A stretch of DNA of 64,000 bases, taken from the human T2T-CHM13v2.0 reference genome, Homo sapiens. The first letter of the stretch is position 1; every line of letters begins with the position of its first letter. The stretch lies in the NCBI RefSeq assembly GCF_009914755.1, contig NC_060932.1. One strand, written 5' to 3'. The translations under genes were made by a program, and so were the position numbers. Under the pieces are notes generated by a model. It saw only the letters and a program-made list of their open reading frames with translations. It had not been told where the DNA came from and searched no databases. Shown here piece after piece: positions 1-13,600 of this stretch.

Positions 1-188
1 TGCCTATTATTTAATTTCCTTTCCTTATCAGGTCATGAATCATATTGGGTTAAGGCCCACCAGTATGACCTCATTTTACCTTAATTATCACTTTAAAGGT
101 CCTGTCTCCAAAGACAGTCACATTCTGAACTGGTGGATAGAACTTCAATGTAATAACTTTTGCAGGGACATGATTCAGCCCATAACAT
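1..188 (-). mobile_element. MLT1 (MLT1B/C-like) ERVL-MaLR LTR, 5' part; continues off window
   Basis: Reverse complement begins TGTTATGGGCTGAATCATGTCCC...GAAGTTCTATCCACC...CAGAATGTGACTGTCTTTGGAGACAGG, matching the recalled MLT1B/C LTR start. Confidence 0.8.
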
Positions 189-327
189 CAGATACGTACA
201 TATAGATTTTAGCACCTGGAAGTGGGGTGATGTCACAGTAAATATCTAAAATGTAGGGATGGTTTTGGAAGCAGGAAGCAGGCTCTGAGGAAAGTACTAG
301 TGAAAGCCTAAAATGCCTTAAGGTAGC

Positions 328-687
328 TGTATTAATCTGTTTTCACACTGCTGATAAAGACATACCTGAGACTGGGCAATCTACCAAAGAAAGAGGTTTA
401 GTGGACTCACAGTTCCATGTGGCTAGGGAGGCCTCACAATCATGGCAGAAGGTGAAAACACCTCTCACATGGTGGCAGACAAGAGAAGAGAATTTGTGCA
501 GGGAAACTCCCCTTTATAAAACCATCCAATCTTGTGAGACTTATTTCCTATCAGGAGAATAGCATGGGAAAGACCTGCCCTCATGATTCAGTTACCTCCC
601 ACAAAGTCCCTCCCATAAGATGAGGGAATTGTGAGAGTTACACAATTCAGTATGAGATTTGGGTGAGGACACAGCCAAACCATATCA
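328..687 (-). mobile_element. THE1 (THE1B/C) solo LTR
   Basis: tgtattaatctgttttcacactgctgataaagacatacc...gacacagccaaaccatatca; 360 bp with TG...CA ends; perfect 5-bp TSD GTAGC (323-327, 688-692). Confidence 0.92.
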
Positions 688-1135
688 GTAGCCCCCAAGG
701 CTTTTATAAAGCTGTGCATGAGCTTTAATAAGGTCTTTAGTAAGGGCTTACAGGAAAGTGAGGTAAAAGTTACTCAAACTGAAAGAAGGAGGAACTGTAT
801 TGTGTAGTAGCAGAAAGTTTAGCAATCCTCTTAGTGCAGTTCTGTGAAAAGCAGAAAATATGTCTAATTAACCATGTGATACAGCTAAGGGGATTTTCAA
901 CCAGAGTTTTAAAAGTGCCATCAGCTTTGTGGTGCTAATAGTAAAATGTGAGAAGTGAGAGATAAACTAATGAAAGTATATAAAAAAGAAGTAAGCCAGG
1001 ACTTGATGATTTGAAAAAAAAATCTGCAGGTGGCAAATGATGTAAAAATTAAGAAATTACTTCTGAGCAAATATCCAATCTAGCAGACTGCCAGGAAAAT
1101 ATGGACCAAAGACGAAGTTAAAGGTGTGACTGTGA

Positions 1136-1663
<528 letters not shown>

Positions 1664-1714
1664 TAAATCCAAATAACATTCATAGGACACCCACGAAGTT
1701 TTTAAAAGAGTGAT

Positions 1715-2135
1715 TGCTATGGTTTTAATATTTATCCCTTCTAACACTCATGCTGAAATTAATCCCCAAAGTGGCAATATTGAGAGGTGGGGTCTTTCAG
1801 AGGTGATTGGGTCATGAAGGCTCTATGTTCATAAATTGATCAATCCATTAGTAGATTAATAGGTTATTGGATTAATGGAATATCACAGGAGTGGGACTGG
1901 TAGCTTTCTAAGAAGAGGAAGAGAGACCTGAGTTGGCACAGTCAGCACCTTTGTCCTGTGATACTCTGAACCACCTTGGGGCTCTGCAGAGAGTCCTGCC
2001 AGCAAGAAGGCTCACAGCAGATGGAGCCTCTTGATCTGGGACTTTTCAGCCTCCATAACTGGAAAAAATAATTTAAAAAATAAATTATCCAGTGTTAGGT
2101 ATTCTGTTATAAGCAACAGAAAATGGACTAATGCA
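1715..2135 (+). mobile_element. MSTB-type MaLR solo LTR
   Basis: tgctatggttttaatatttatccc...gtattctgttataagcaacagaaaatggactaatgca; near TSD GTGAT/GTTAT. Confidence 0.85.
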
Positions 2136-2729
2136 GTTATATATGCAGATCATCACCGGCTTGGACAGAAAAAGGCAAGAAAGAAAAAAATATCCAAGAG
2201 CCTTTGGTCCCCAAAACTCTACTGACAGGATGGTGGCTGATAAAACTATTCAGCTGCAAAGACAGGCTGTCTTTTGTAAAAAAAAAAAAAAAAAAATAGA
2301 AAAAAATCATACAAGCTGGATTTTAGAATTGTTATGGATCAATGACACCTTAGTGAAATTCACTTTCTCCTTTTTGAACAAGAATATCTATAGTGAATAT
2401 GTTATGCTTGTCTTATCATAAAGTGTTGGGTAATCAGAAGACAGATAAATTATCTCTTTATTTCACAGGCCACAAGGAACTGTACTCAAAGAGCTGTACT
2501 TAAGGAACTACACATCAGTTGTCTTCCCTGCACTTGGGCTTGATTTAAATAATGAGATTTTGGGCTTTGGGCTGATGCTGCAATGGGATGAGACTTTTGG
2601 AGGCTTTAAGAGACACTGAGTATATTTTGCATATGGAAAGGATGTGTATTATTGGAGGCTAAAGGCCAAATTGTGTTGTGGACTGTTTGGGATAATTGTT
2701 ATGTGTTAATAGGTAATTACATACTGCTT

Positions 2730-3180
2730 AATTCAGGTCTTCACACTTCCGTTGAGTGATTTTTCTAAAATACAAATTGGATTTCAAAGCTACCTAAGGC
2801 TACTTACTATAGAAGAAAATGTTCAAATTCTGCAGCTGATTTAATATTATTTATTGGAATTTCCCAGTGTGACCTTAATCTATCTTTCTAGTTGCATCCT
2901 TAAACGTCCTTCATAAATTCTGTCTGAGAGCTGTGCAGGGATTCTTATCATTCCCAGAAAAGCTTATGCCCTTGTGTTAGTACAAGATGTTCCCTCTACC
3001 TAGAGAATCTTCCTCTACTTCTATTTATCTATTTAGACTGGAAAACATTCCAGTTGAGCATTCATATACCACTTGCACAATCATCTCTCTGTGAAGTATC
3101 CCCAAAATGTCCTTACCTTTATGACTCAGATGTTCCTCCAGCACCTCTATTAACCTTAATGATGGTACTTATCACAGACA
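2730..3180 (+). mobile_element. L2 3' region fragment, highly decayed
   Basis: L2-like motifs: gtgatttttctaaaatacaaattggat, tgttccctctacctagagaatc, catctctctgtgaag. Confidence 0.5.
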
Positions 3181-4331
3181 AAATGATCCCCCACATTTAA
3201 AATTTAGACCAGGGATTGTAAGAGATGAGACTAAGGATTTTATAATCAATTTGAAAATAAAAGGATGCATAGCTTAAAAATATCTGGGCTTAGAGAAGAC
3301 AAATCTGAATTACTGTTTGTCATCAGTAACATTTGTCATGAAGATATATTTCACGTATTTGGATCCTCTAAAAATTTTAACAAATTCATAAAGGAAAAGC
3401 AGAATTATTTGTTCTCTTTCATCTAAGCCTGCTGACAAATGCTAAAATCTAGAGTAAAACTGTTTTTTAAGTTCAGTACAAGAAAAGAAGCATTTTAGTT
3501 TTTCTTTTTTCTTTTTCCTTTCAAACTCTGAGAATACAGAGATAAAAATCCTTTATCTCCTGGACCAGAAGTCACTAAATTTCAAGTACAAGAGAAATGA
3601 AAAAGAACATCATACAAACTTGGAATTCAGAAAACATGAGTGCCATTTCCTTCTCTGAAAAGAAGAACAGAAACTTGTTTTCAAAGCCTGTTAATTTTTT
3701 TTTGTACAATAAATATGGTAATTTTTTTGGAAATGAAATAGAATTTACCTTAATTGAATATGGTGCCAGCTTCAGTCTAGACAAGATCAGAATAAAATTC
3801 ACTATAATTGGGCAAAACAATAATAGAAAAATATTAGAGTAATAACTTTGACATATATATGTTGAAATTTTGTGGAATAATACTACCTGTAGAAAGTTGT
3901 TGACCATGATATTTTAGTATACTCAAATTTATTAGTATCACTTTGCTTCTACCTGAAAAAAAATAAATTTCCTTTGAAATACTTTAAAGAATAAAAAAAT
4001 TATAAAAACTATTATAAAATGGAATTTTTAAATAAATGTAGCTGTTAATATTTTTAGAAGATTTAGGCTGTTTTGAAGAGGAGGAAGAACTTAAAATTGA
4101 TTTTGTCCATGTCTTTCTATTTCAGGTTCAACAAGTTAAGTCCTAGTGATTTTTATCAAAAATTAGAAATACTGGTTACATTTAATTGGGTCTTTTTTTT
4201 TTAAACTAAGCTTGCTTTAAGATAATTATTTGGAAAGTAGAAAATTATGTAACATAAATAGCATGCAAATTTTTAAAAAGCTACAATTAGTGGCCTCACT
4301 AGTAGTGGGGCCATCTGGACACTAGCCCTTG

Positions 4332-4851
4332 TGATGCAGGACAGGCAAGCCCTGAAATTGGGGCTTAGCTCTTAGAGTTCTTGGCTTCACCCAGGAAATA
4401 ATTCAAGGAAAAGCTGGTGATGTTAGACATCAATCCTTTGTTGAATGGTACTACTCCTTGTGGAGCAGATCTAACTCAGTAAGCAGTGCATCCAAAGTCA
4501 GCAACTTATGGGCTCCTGGCAACAGTATTTATTCTCATGTAAACCCACTTTAATTACATGCAAATTAAGGGGTGGGTTATTTATAACTTCCAATGCAAAT
4601 TGAGGGGTGGGTTATTTATAACTTTCTAGAAAAGCTGTGGCAACTTCCGGGTCATTGTCATGACGTTTATAAACTGTCCTGGTGCTGGTGGGAGTGTCTG
4701 ATGCTAATGAGCAATGAGGGCAGCCAGGAATTGCTTTTGTAGCCATCTGCTGGTTCCTGTCAGTTTTGTCACTTTATCCTGTCTGGACCAGATCCTGCTT
4801 TGGTCAGCAGAGTTGTGACCAGAAAACAAGTGCTGCTGGTCTCCTACCTCA
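4332..4851 (-). mobile_element. ERV1-class solo LTR (MER4/MER41 group; best guess MER66-like)
   Basis: TG...CA ends, 520 bp, perfect 4-bp TSD CTTG (4328-4331, 4852-4855). Minus strand carries gacactcccaccagc...cagtttataaac...catgacaatgacccggaagtt, typical of this LTR group. Confidence 0.8.
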
Positions 4852-5114
4852 CTTGGACCTACTCTGTAATAAAAGAGGAAAAAACCCAGTAGCAACTTAA
4901 GGTTAGTTTGAAGGGTTTCAGAAAGCAGACGTAAAAAAAAAAAAAAAAAAAAAAAAAAAGCAGCAGTGATTCAAATTTTGTGAATAACCCAAAAAGAGAG
5001 AGCAGTTGTGTCACAAAGAAGTTTGCTAGTCTGTCCTGAGATCCAGGGGTAAGACCACTTATCCCAAAGCTCTGAGTCATGATGAGAGTTGTTTGCTTTC
5101 ATCAGAGCTGTTAG

Positions 5115-5500
5115 TTTGATCAGTAAGCACTTACTGAGCTTCTACCTTCACTTGGCATTTTTGTAGATGCTGAGAATATCATGGTAACAAAACAAAATTC
5201 TTATCCTCATGAAGCATATGCTTCATTTGGAGACACCAACAATGCGCGTGTGTGTGTACAAGAATAAGAGTAACAAAGGGACTAAAATAGGCAAATGCGA
5301 AAGAGGATGGTGGAGAATACTGTATCAGACTTGTTGCCCATAAAATCCTTTCTAATAAAAAGAAACATGGCAGAGATTTGAATGAAATGAGTATTCAGAA
5401 GAGCAGCCACACATGTTAAGTTCTTGATAAATACTGTGCATGAAAGAATAATAAATGGATATGACTACTGTTAAAGGCAAGACTGCAAGAGCAGTAGTTA
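5115..5500 (-). mobile_element. L2 3' end fragment
   Basis: cagtaagcacttactgagcttctacc...tagatgctgagaatatcatggtaacaaaac...ttatcctcatgaagc is an antisense L2 tail. Confidence 0.6.
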
Positions 5501-5704
5501 CAGACAGGTTTGATCCCAATTTTAGAAGAATACACATAAAAGGTTTGTAATTTTATAGTGAGAGGCAACAGTTAATCAAAAGTATAGTTTATAAAACTTC
5601 TGGGTAAGGAGTTACACATATTTTTGGTTGCAGTGAGGCAAAAATAATACAGAATTGTGGGAAATTTTATGGGTTTTATTGAAATAATTGTTAAGAATAC
5701 GTTG

Positions 5705-5915
5705 TATTTATTGAGTGCCTACTGCTGTGTACTTGTGCTAGATGCCTTATACAAATTCTCAATTAATTTTTATTGCAACATTTCAAGTAAAGAGGTAGTT
5801 TCTCAGTTTTTCCGGAAGTAGAGGGTTGGAATGGTTGAGTGACTTGCAAATGTCCATTTGGTTTACAAATGTCAGAGCCAACTTTGGAACCCAGGTGTCT
5901 CCAACTGCAATGCAT
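5705..5915 (-). mobile_element. MIR SINE
   Basis: atttattgagtgcctact...gtgctagatgcctt...ggttgagtgacttgc...cagagccaactttggaacccagg. Confidence 0.65.
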
Positions 5916-6029
5916 TACTAAGAAAAGAAAATCTATGTTTTTTTTTTTTTTCTAAACTTAGTGTTTTATCGTGAAGAAACCAAAAAGCTTAAATTGAAAA
6001 AATGTATTGGTAAAAAATCTAAAATTTAG

Positions 6030-6335
6030 TGATATACATGAAACAACATGGATTAATTTCAAAAATATACCCAATGAATGACACATAAAGGATCCAGAAC
6101 AGACAAATCCAATCTATGTTGCTAGAAAGCTGATCTGCAGTTACCCAGGAGAAGGTGGGAATTTGGGGTTGACTGCAAAGGGGTGTTAGTAATATACCTG
6201 GATGATGAAAACAATTTATATCTTGAATGTGATGGCTACATAGGCAAATACATTTGTCCAAACTCATAAAACTCTATATTAAAATAAAGGCATTTTGTTA
6301 CTAAATTACAACTCAACAAATTTGACTTTAAACAT
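6030..6335 (+). mobile_element. Old L1M (L1MB-ME) 3' end fragment
   Basis: aacaacatggattaatttcaaaaat...ggatgatgaaaacaatttatatcttga...atacatttgtccaaactcata. Confidence 0.55.
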
Positions 6336-6338
6336 TAA

Positions 6339-6660
<322 letters not shown>

Positions 6661-8544
6661 GCATATAATTTGTTTCAGTTTAAAAAAATTACCAATTATT
6701 TTTAATAACTTAAATAAAACAGTAAACATATTTCTTGCATTTGTTATTCATTTAAAAGCAAAGCATTGAAAAAATGTATACAATATAGTCCTTTTTCTAT
6801 GCTATATGATTCACACCCATATAGCAAATATTTCTAAAGTTGTAGAGCTTCAAACAAATCATCTAACATCTATTTAATCTAAAGCTTTTTTGGCACTGTG
6901 TATTAATATAAAATTTTCTTAATTTTTTGCCAAAAATAAGCTAAGGCCAACTATGGCAGTTTTGGCTGCACTCACATTTTTAATAATGCTTATCTGGCCT
7001 TTGTGCATAAATGAAAAGTGAATTGCAAGATGAAGAGACAATACCCTGAGTTTTACTGTCCAAGTAATACCGGTTTTAAGAAAACTTCACTTGAATCTGG
7101 TTTATCTTTACATTACCAACTAATGTAATGACCATGTTTCATTGTCAAAGGCTATTCTTTTTCTGTGAAGCCATTATACAAGTCAAATTGAGATCATTTC
7201 TCAAGAAATAATCTAGAGAAATATTCTCACAATATTTTCCTGTAATCGTTATTGCTATGTGTCTGACACATGAAAAGATTAGATGGATTTAAAATTAAGA
7301 GATAGTTGCTAATTTTTTTTTAATACGGGATGTTAACTACTTGAGAGGGACAGTTACGTAGTGTAGACTGATTTTACAGACATATGGTTGATGAATTTTG
7401 ACACGTTAGGATGTTTAATGACTCCATCACCTAAATGTTCTTATTCTCAGACTAACCCAGATTTTGGAAGAAGAACATCAAAACTTTCAAAGGAATAATA
7501 TTTATCTAAAATTAGAGTAAAAATAGAAAAACAAGATTAATATGAAAAGAAAACTTAATATGGAGCAAACTAAAAAGCTTCCTGGATGTACCCTTGGTAT
7601 TCACTTGAAGTTGTCTATTGTGCTTAATACAATTATACAGTATATTCAGTCCTGAAATAATGTTAGATATAAATTAGCCAAACAATCCTGTGAGATGTAA
7701 AACTGTGTAGACCTGAGTTAAATACAGATATTCACTTTGGGAAGACTCTGCATCTCCAAAACAAGACATACAAGAAACTAGGGGGCCTTTGAGAGCATCC
7801 ACTCAGCTCCGCATTGTGAAGATTAAAAAGAGCATCTGTGAAAATGAATTCTGAGTGGTACCTATAGCAGGAGCTAAATTAGTTTGGCAGAGGCCTTATA
7901 AATAAATCTGACTGAAAGAAAAAAAAACACAGAAAGGATATATTAGAATTCTTTTGCATATCATGTTGTTGTTTCCTTTAGACTTCCCTCTGAAATATTG
8001 TTTTTCTAATCTAATTACTAGCATAATATGTATCACTCTCATTTGTATTCAAAAGGAATATTGGATTAAGTATGGAAGTGTGCGTTTTCTATATTGGCTT
8101 TCTATCCACCCTGCCTTTACAGCTGAGAAGTTTATGCTTCATACCTTCTACTCTCTTGCTCATGAACCTGTGGCTCAGTGGCATGCAAAGTAAGATCACT
8201 TGCAGGATGAAAGCAGCATTTATGATTGCTGGGCAGGTTTCCTGAGGTCCTTCCTAGAGCAGAAAAGTAATGAAAGTTTTTAGACATATATTGAGAAAAA
8301 TTGATTAATTGAACTAACATAATTTTAAAATACATTTCTTCTATTAACCATTCCTAGGAATCATAAAGAAATTTATCAAGATTCTTTTGGTAATTTTTAA
8401 ACAGTAGTTAATTCTATCATAGGCTATTCATAGCAGAGCTGTTCTTTACATTCGCTTAAATGAAATAAACTGGCTTTACATTTTTTTTTTCAAATACAGG
8501 CAGCATTTTTTCAGAGAAAATTAGAGAAATAAAAAAGTTATTTT

Positions 8545-11120
8545 GTCATTGATTCTGTTTATGTGATGGATTAGGTTTATTGTTTTGCGTATGTTGAACC
8601 AGCCTTGCATCCCAGGGATGAAGCCAACTTGATCGTGGTGGATAAGCTCTTTGATGTGCTGCTGGATTCGGTTTGCCAGTATTTAATTGAGGATTTTTGC
8701 ATTGATGTTAAGCAGGGATATTGGCCTGAAATTTTCTTTTTTTGCTCTGTCTTTGCCAGGTTTTGGTATCAGGATAATGCTGGCCTCATAAAATGAGTTA
8801 GGGAGGAAGCCCTTTTTTTTCTATTGTTTGGAATAGTTTCAGAAGGAATGGTACCAGCTCCTCTTTGTACCTTGGGTAGAATTAGGCTGTGAATCCATCT
8901 GGTCTCAGTAGATGCAGAAAAGGCCTTTGACAAAATGCAACATGCTTTCTTACTAAAAACTCTCAATAAACTAGATATTAGTGGAAAGCATTGCAAAATA
9001 ATAAGAGCTATTTATGACAAAGCCACAGCCAATACAATACTGAATGGGCAAAAACTGGAAGCATTCCCTTTGCAAACCACCACAAGACAAGGATGCCCTC
9101 TCTCACCACTCCTATTCAACATAGTATTGGAAGTTCTGGCCAGGGTAATCAGGCAAGAGAAAGAAATAAAGGGTATTCAAATAGGAAAAGAGGAAGTCAA
9201 ATTGTCTCTGTTGCAGATGACATGATTGTATATTTGGAAAACCCCATCATCTCAGCCCAAAAACTTCCTAAGCTGATAAGCAACTTCAGCAAAGTCTCAG
9301 GATACAAAATCAATGTGCAAAAATCACAAGCATTTCTATACACCAATAACAAACACAGAGCCAAATCATGAGTGAACTCCCATTCGCAATTGCTACAAAG
9401 TGAAAAAAATACCTAGGAATACAACTTACAAGGGACGAGAAGGGCCTCTTCAAAGAGAACCACAAACCACTGCTCAAGAAAATAAGAGAGGAAAATAAAT
9501 GGGAAAACATTCCATGTTCATGGATAGGAAGAATCAACATTGTGACCATACTGCCCAAATTAATTTATAGATTCAATGGTATCCCCATCAAGCTACCATT
9601 GACTTTCTTTCAGAGAAAAAACTACTTTAAATTTGATATGGAACCAAAAAAGAGCCTGTATAGCCAAGACAATCCTAAGCAAAAAGAACAAAGCTGGAGG
9701 CAACATGCTAACTGACTTCAAACTATATACAAAACTACAGTAACCAAAACAGCATGGTACCAGTACCAAAACAGATATATGGACCAATGGAACAGAACAT
9801 AGGCCTCAGAGATAATGCCACACATCCACAATCATTTGATCTTTGCAAACCTGACCAAAACAAGCAATGGGGAAATGATTCCCTCTTTAATAAATAGTGT
9901 TGGGAAAACTGGCTAGCCATATGCAGAAAACTGAAACTGGACCCCTTCCTTACACCTTATACAAAAATTAACTCAAAATGGATTAAAGACTTAAACGTAA
10001 GATCTAAAAGCATAAAAACCCTAGAAGAAAACCTAGGTAATAGCATTCAGGACATAGGCATGGACAAAGACTTCATGACAAAAACACCAAAAACAATGGT
10101 AACAAAAGCCAAAATTGACAAATGGGATCTGATTAAACTGAAGAACTTCTGCACAGCAGAAGAAACTATCATCAGAGTACACAGGCAACCTACAGAATGG
10201 GAGAAAATTTTTGCAATCTATCCATCTGACAAAGGGCCAATAACAAGAATCTACAAAGAACTTAAACAAATTTACAAGAAAAAAACAACCCCATCAAAAA
10301 GTGGGCAAAGGATATGAACAGGCACTTCTCAAAAGAAGACATTCATGCAGCCAACAAACATATGAAAAAAAGCTCATCATCACTGGTCATTAGAGGAATG
10401 CAAATCAAAACCACAATGAGATACCATCTCACATCAGTTAGAATGGCGATCATTTTAAAGTCAGGAAACAACAGATGCTAGAGAGGATGTGGAGAAATAG
10501 AAACACTTTTACACTATTGGTGGAAGTTTAAATTAGTTCAACCAGTGTGGAGGACAGTATGGGGATTCCTCAAGGATCTAGAATTAGAAATACCATTTGA
10601 CCCAGCAATCCCATTACTGGGTATATACCCAAAGGATTATAAGTCATTCTACTATAAAGACACATGCACAGGTATGTTTATTGTGGCACTCTTCACAACA
10701 GCAAATATTTGGAACCAACCCAAATGTCCATCAAAGATTGACTAGATAAAGAAAATGTGGCACATATACACCATGGAATACTGTGCGGCCATAAAAGAAG
10801 CATGAGTTCATGTCCTTTGCAGGGACATGGATGACGCTGGAAACCATCATTCTCAGTAAACTAACACAAGAACGGAAAACCAAACACTGCGTATTCTCAC
10901 TCATGAGTGGGAGTTGAATAATGAGAACACATGGACACGGGGAGGGGAACATCACACACTGGGGCCTGTCAGGGTGGGGAGCTAGGGGAGGGATAGCATT
11001 AGGAAAAATACCTAATGTAGATGACGGGTTGATGGGTGCAGCAAACCACCATGGCATTTGTATACCTATGTAAAAAACCTGCACATTCTGCATATGTACC
11101 CCAGAGCTTAAAGTATTTTT
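8545..11120 (+). mobile_element. 5'-truncated, 5'-inverted L1PA (L1PA6-8-like); 8545-8904 inverted, 8903-11120 sense
   Basis: ORF2 fragments in the ORF track (8935-10745, RT to C-terminus); L1PA 3'UTR; 13-bp TSD AAAAAGTTATTTT at 8532-8544 and 11121-11133. Confidence 0.93.
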
Positions 11121-11429
11121 AAAAAGTTATTTTATTAAATAATGTTAAAATAAATTTATCAACAAGCATAGTTTATTTCTGGCTGAAAAATGAAATAGAT
11201 TTATTTAAAAAGGAAATGAGTTTAGGTTTATGTCTTCAGTGACTAAATAGTTAAGCAATTCATTAATAGACTTGGATGGTTATTAGTTACTTAGGTAGTT
11301 ACTAATGATTTCAGGAACTACAACAACTAGCATTTAATTCCTGGACCTGTTAATCTCAATTTGGGGAAGCTATTTAATATCTCTAAATTTTAGTTCTTTT
11401 ATTCTGGAAATGAAAAAGACCGAGAATTG

Positions 11430-13380
11430 CCAAAATCTTTAAGAAAAGAAATTTTGGGGGATTTACACCATGTAATTTAAAATGTATTATAATGCCATAG
11501 TAATCAACATATTATGGTATTAATGTAAGAATGGAAATGCAGATCAATGAAACAGAAATCTTGAGAAATGGACACATGCATATATAGTCAATTGATTTTC
11601 AACAAAATATCAAAACTAATTTAATAGAGATAATATATTTTCAAAATGTTTATGGAACAATTGAATATGCTGATCCTGAATCTTTTTGTCATAAAATATA
11701 CAAAAGTTAAATAGAAATTAAATAGAAGTGGTTTATAGAACAATATATGAGCATAAAATATAAAATATCTATTCATAGAAAAATAAAACATAAATTATTG
11801 GTAACTTTGTTTAGTGAAAAAGGTTTTATACAATAATTTTTTTTATGAAAAGAACAAACCACAAATGAAAAAAGAATGGTGCTATGGACCTCATCAAACA
11901 AAAAAAAAACTTCTTCAAAAGATCATTTTCAAAATACTTAGTGAATGACTTATATCCAGAATATATAGGAATCACTTATAAAATATAATGCAAAAAGAAA
12001 CCCTATGTTATATAAATAGAAAAAAAAGATTGACTAGATGTTTCCCAAAGGAGATATGCAAATGGCTATTGATCTCATTAAATGTTGATTAACATCAGTG
12101 GTTTCAGAGAAAACAAAAGTGAAATACAGACTCTCAAATAGTGTTTCATTGAATGTCCTTTTATTATAATATTGATAATGAATAAAAAATTGCTCATAAG
12201 AAGGGGCCACCATCTGTATAAAGTTTGCATGTTTTTCACATGTGGGTTTTCTCTAGGTATCCTGGCTTCCTCCCACACCCCAAAGCTGTGCACACGAGGT
12301 GAACTAGCGTACCCACATGGACCTCATCTGTGTGAGTGTGGGTGTGTTTGAGTGCACCCTCTGATGGCATATCATCCTGTCCAGGGTCGTTCTTCTATTG
12401 CTCTGAACTGCCAGGAGTGGCTCTACCCACCTGTGACCCCAAACTCGTCTCAGCAGGTAAATAATTACCTTACTTGTTTTTATTAATCTGTCTTAAATGT
12501 ATGCATCACTCACATTTATTTCAAAGTTTAATATTAGAAGAGTTTTTGTCTTCATTTAGAAGTTTGGTGGTGGTGTTTTCATGACCAGAAATATACTATA
12601 GAAACTTAACTCTGGTTTATATTAATTAGCTTATGGTAAAATTGATTTCCTATAGGTCATTTCACTTAAAGTTACAGTTTTCAAGGATCTATTGAGGGTA
12701 TTAAGAGATGACTTACTGTTTACTGCACAAACACAGTAATTGCTAAAATTTAATAAGACTAATAAAACCAAGTGTGGGGACGTTATGCAGAGAAACTGAA
12801 AGCATTGTACTATACAGGTGGGCATGTAAAATGGTTATACTTTGGAATACTATTTATCTTTCCACATAAATTTAATCATACACATACCTTATGATTTAAT
12901 AACTCCACTTTTAGGATTATGCTCAACAAATAAGAAAACATGTTCATAACGATTTGTACAATAATATTTTTGTATAATTATTTATCATATCCAAACTTAA
13001 GAACCATCCGAATGGCCATAAATAGAGAGTAAACAATTGCAGTACATGTATACAGTGAATACTACTCAGCAGTGAAAGGGAACCACTGGATAATACTTGT
13101 AATGATATCAGTAAAACAGACATTATGCCACATAAAAGAGGTCACAGGGCAGTACATGCTGTGGGGTATTGAGGCATCCCAAAGTAAAGGCAATGGAAGC
13201 AGTGTGCTCAGGTGCAGACAATGAGTGTGTTTATTACCTATAGAATTCCAAACACTGCAGCAACAAATTACTCACCCCCTTCAATGGGGAAAGCCACTTC
13301 CACCCTACTTTATTTCTATATCATTGGTATGATTTCATTTTTATAAACTTTTAGAACAGAGAGACCTAAACTGTTGTGAT
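11430..13380 (+). mobile_element. Old L1M (L1MC/ME-like) ORF2 3' part and 3'UTR, decayed, interrupted by MER6
   Basis: Degenerate ORF2-like tracts: atatagtcaattgattttcaacaaa, gacttatatccagaatatataggaa, actactcagcagtgaaagggaa. Confidence 0.6.
12127..12718 (+). mobile_element. MER6A-like non-autonomous TcMar-Tigger DNA transposon
   Basis: TA|CAG...gacttactg termini; V-SINE-like core gtttgcatgtttttcacatgtgggttttctctaggtatcctggcttcctcccacac; about 590 bp. Confidence 0.8.
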
Positions 13381-13390
13381 ACAGGAACTG

Positions 13391-13600
13391 ATGGACATGG
13401 TGGTTAAAGGTGGGGCTCTTCAGTCACAGGAACCTGAGCTTTAGTTCGGCTACACCACTTGATTGTCTTTGTGATCTTCAGTGGGTTGTTTACATGTCTA
13501 AGCCTCACACTGTGTATTGTCCCAAATGGGGTCAGTGAAACCTATGTCATGCCCTTGCTGGTACTATATTCAGTGCTTAATGAGTATTATTGTCATTATT
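13391..13600 (+). mobile_element. MIR SINE
   Basis: atggtggttaaaggtggggctct...ctgagctttagttc...ctaagcctca...aaatgggg...gtgcttaatgagtattattg. Confidence 0.6.

Noticed and set aside
4305-4325. CCAGATGGC on the minus strand as a CTCF site
   Set aside because: The 5' half of the CTCF consensus is not matched.
13165-13330. Possible small hAT DNA-transposon remnant inside the old L1
   Set aside because: Only a vague resemblance; termini and TSD cannot be resolved by eye.
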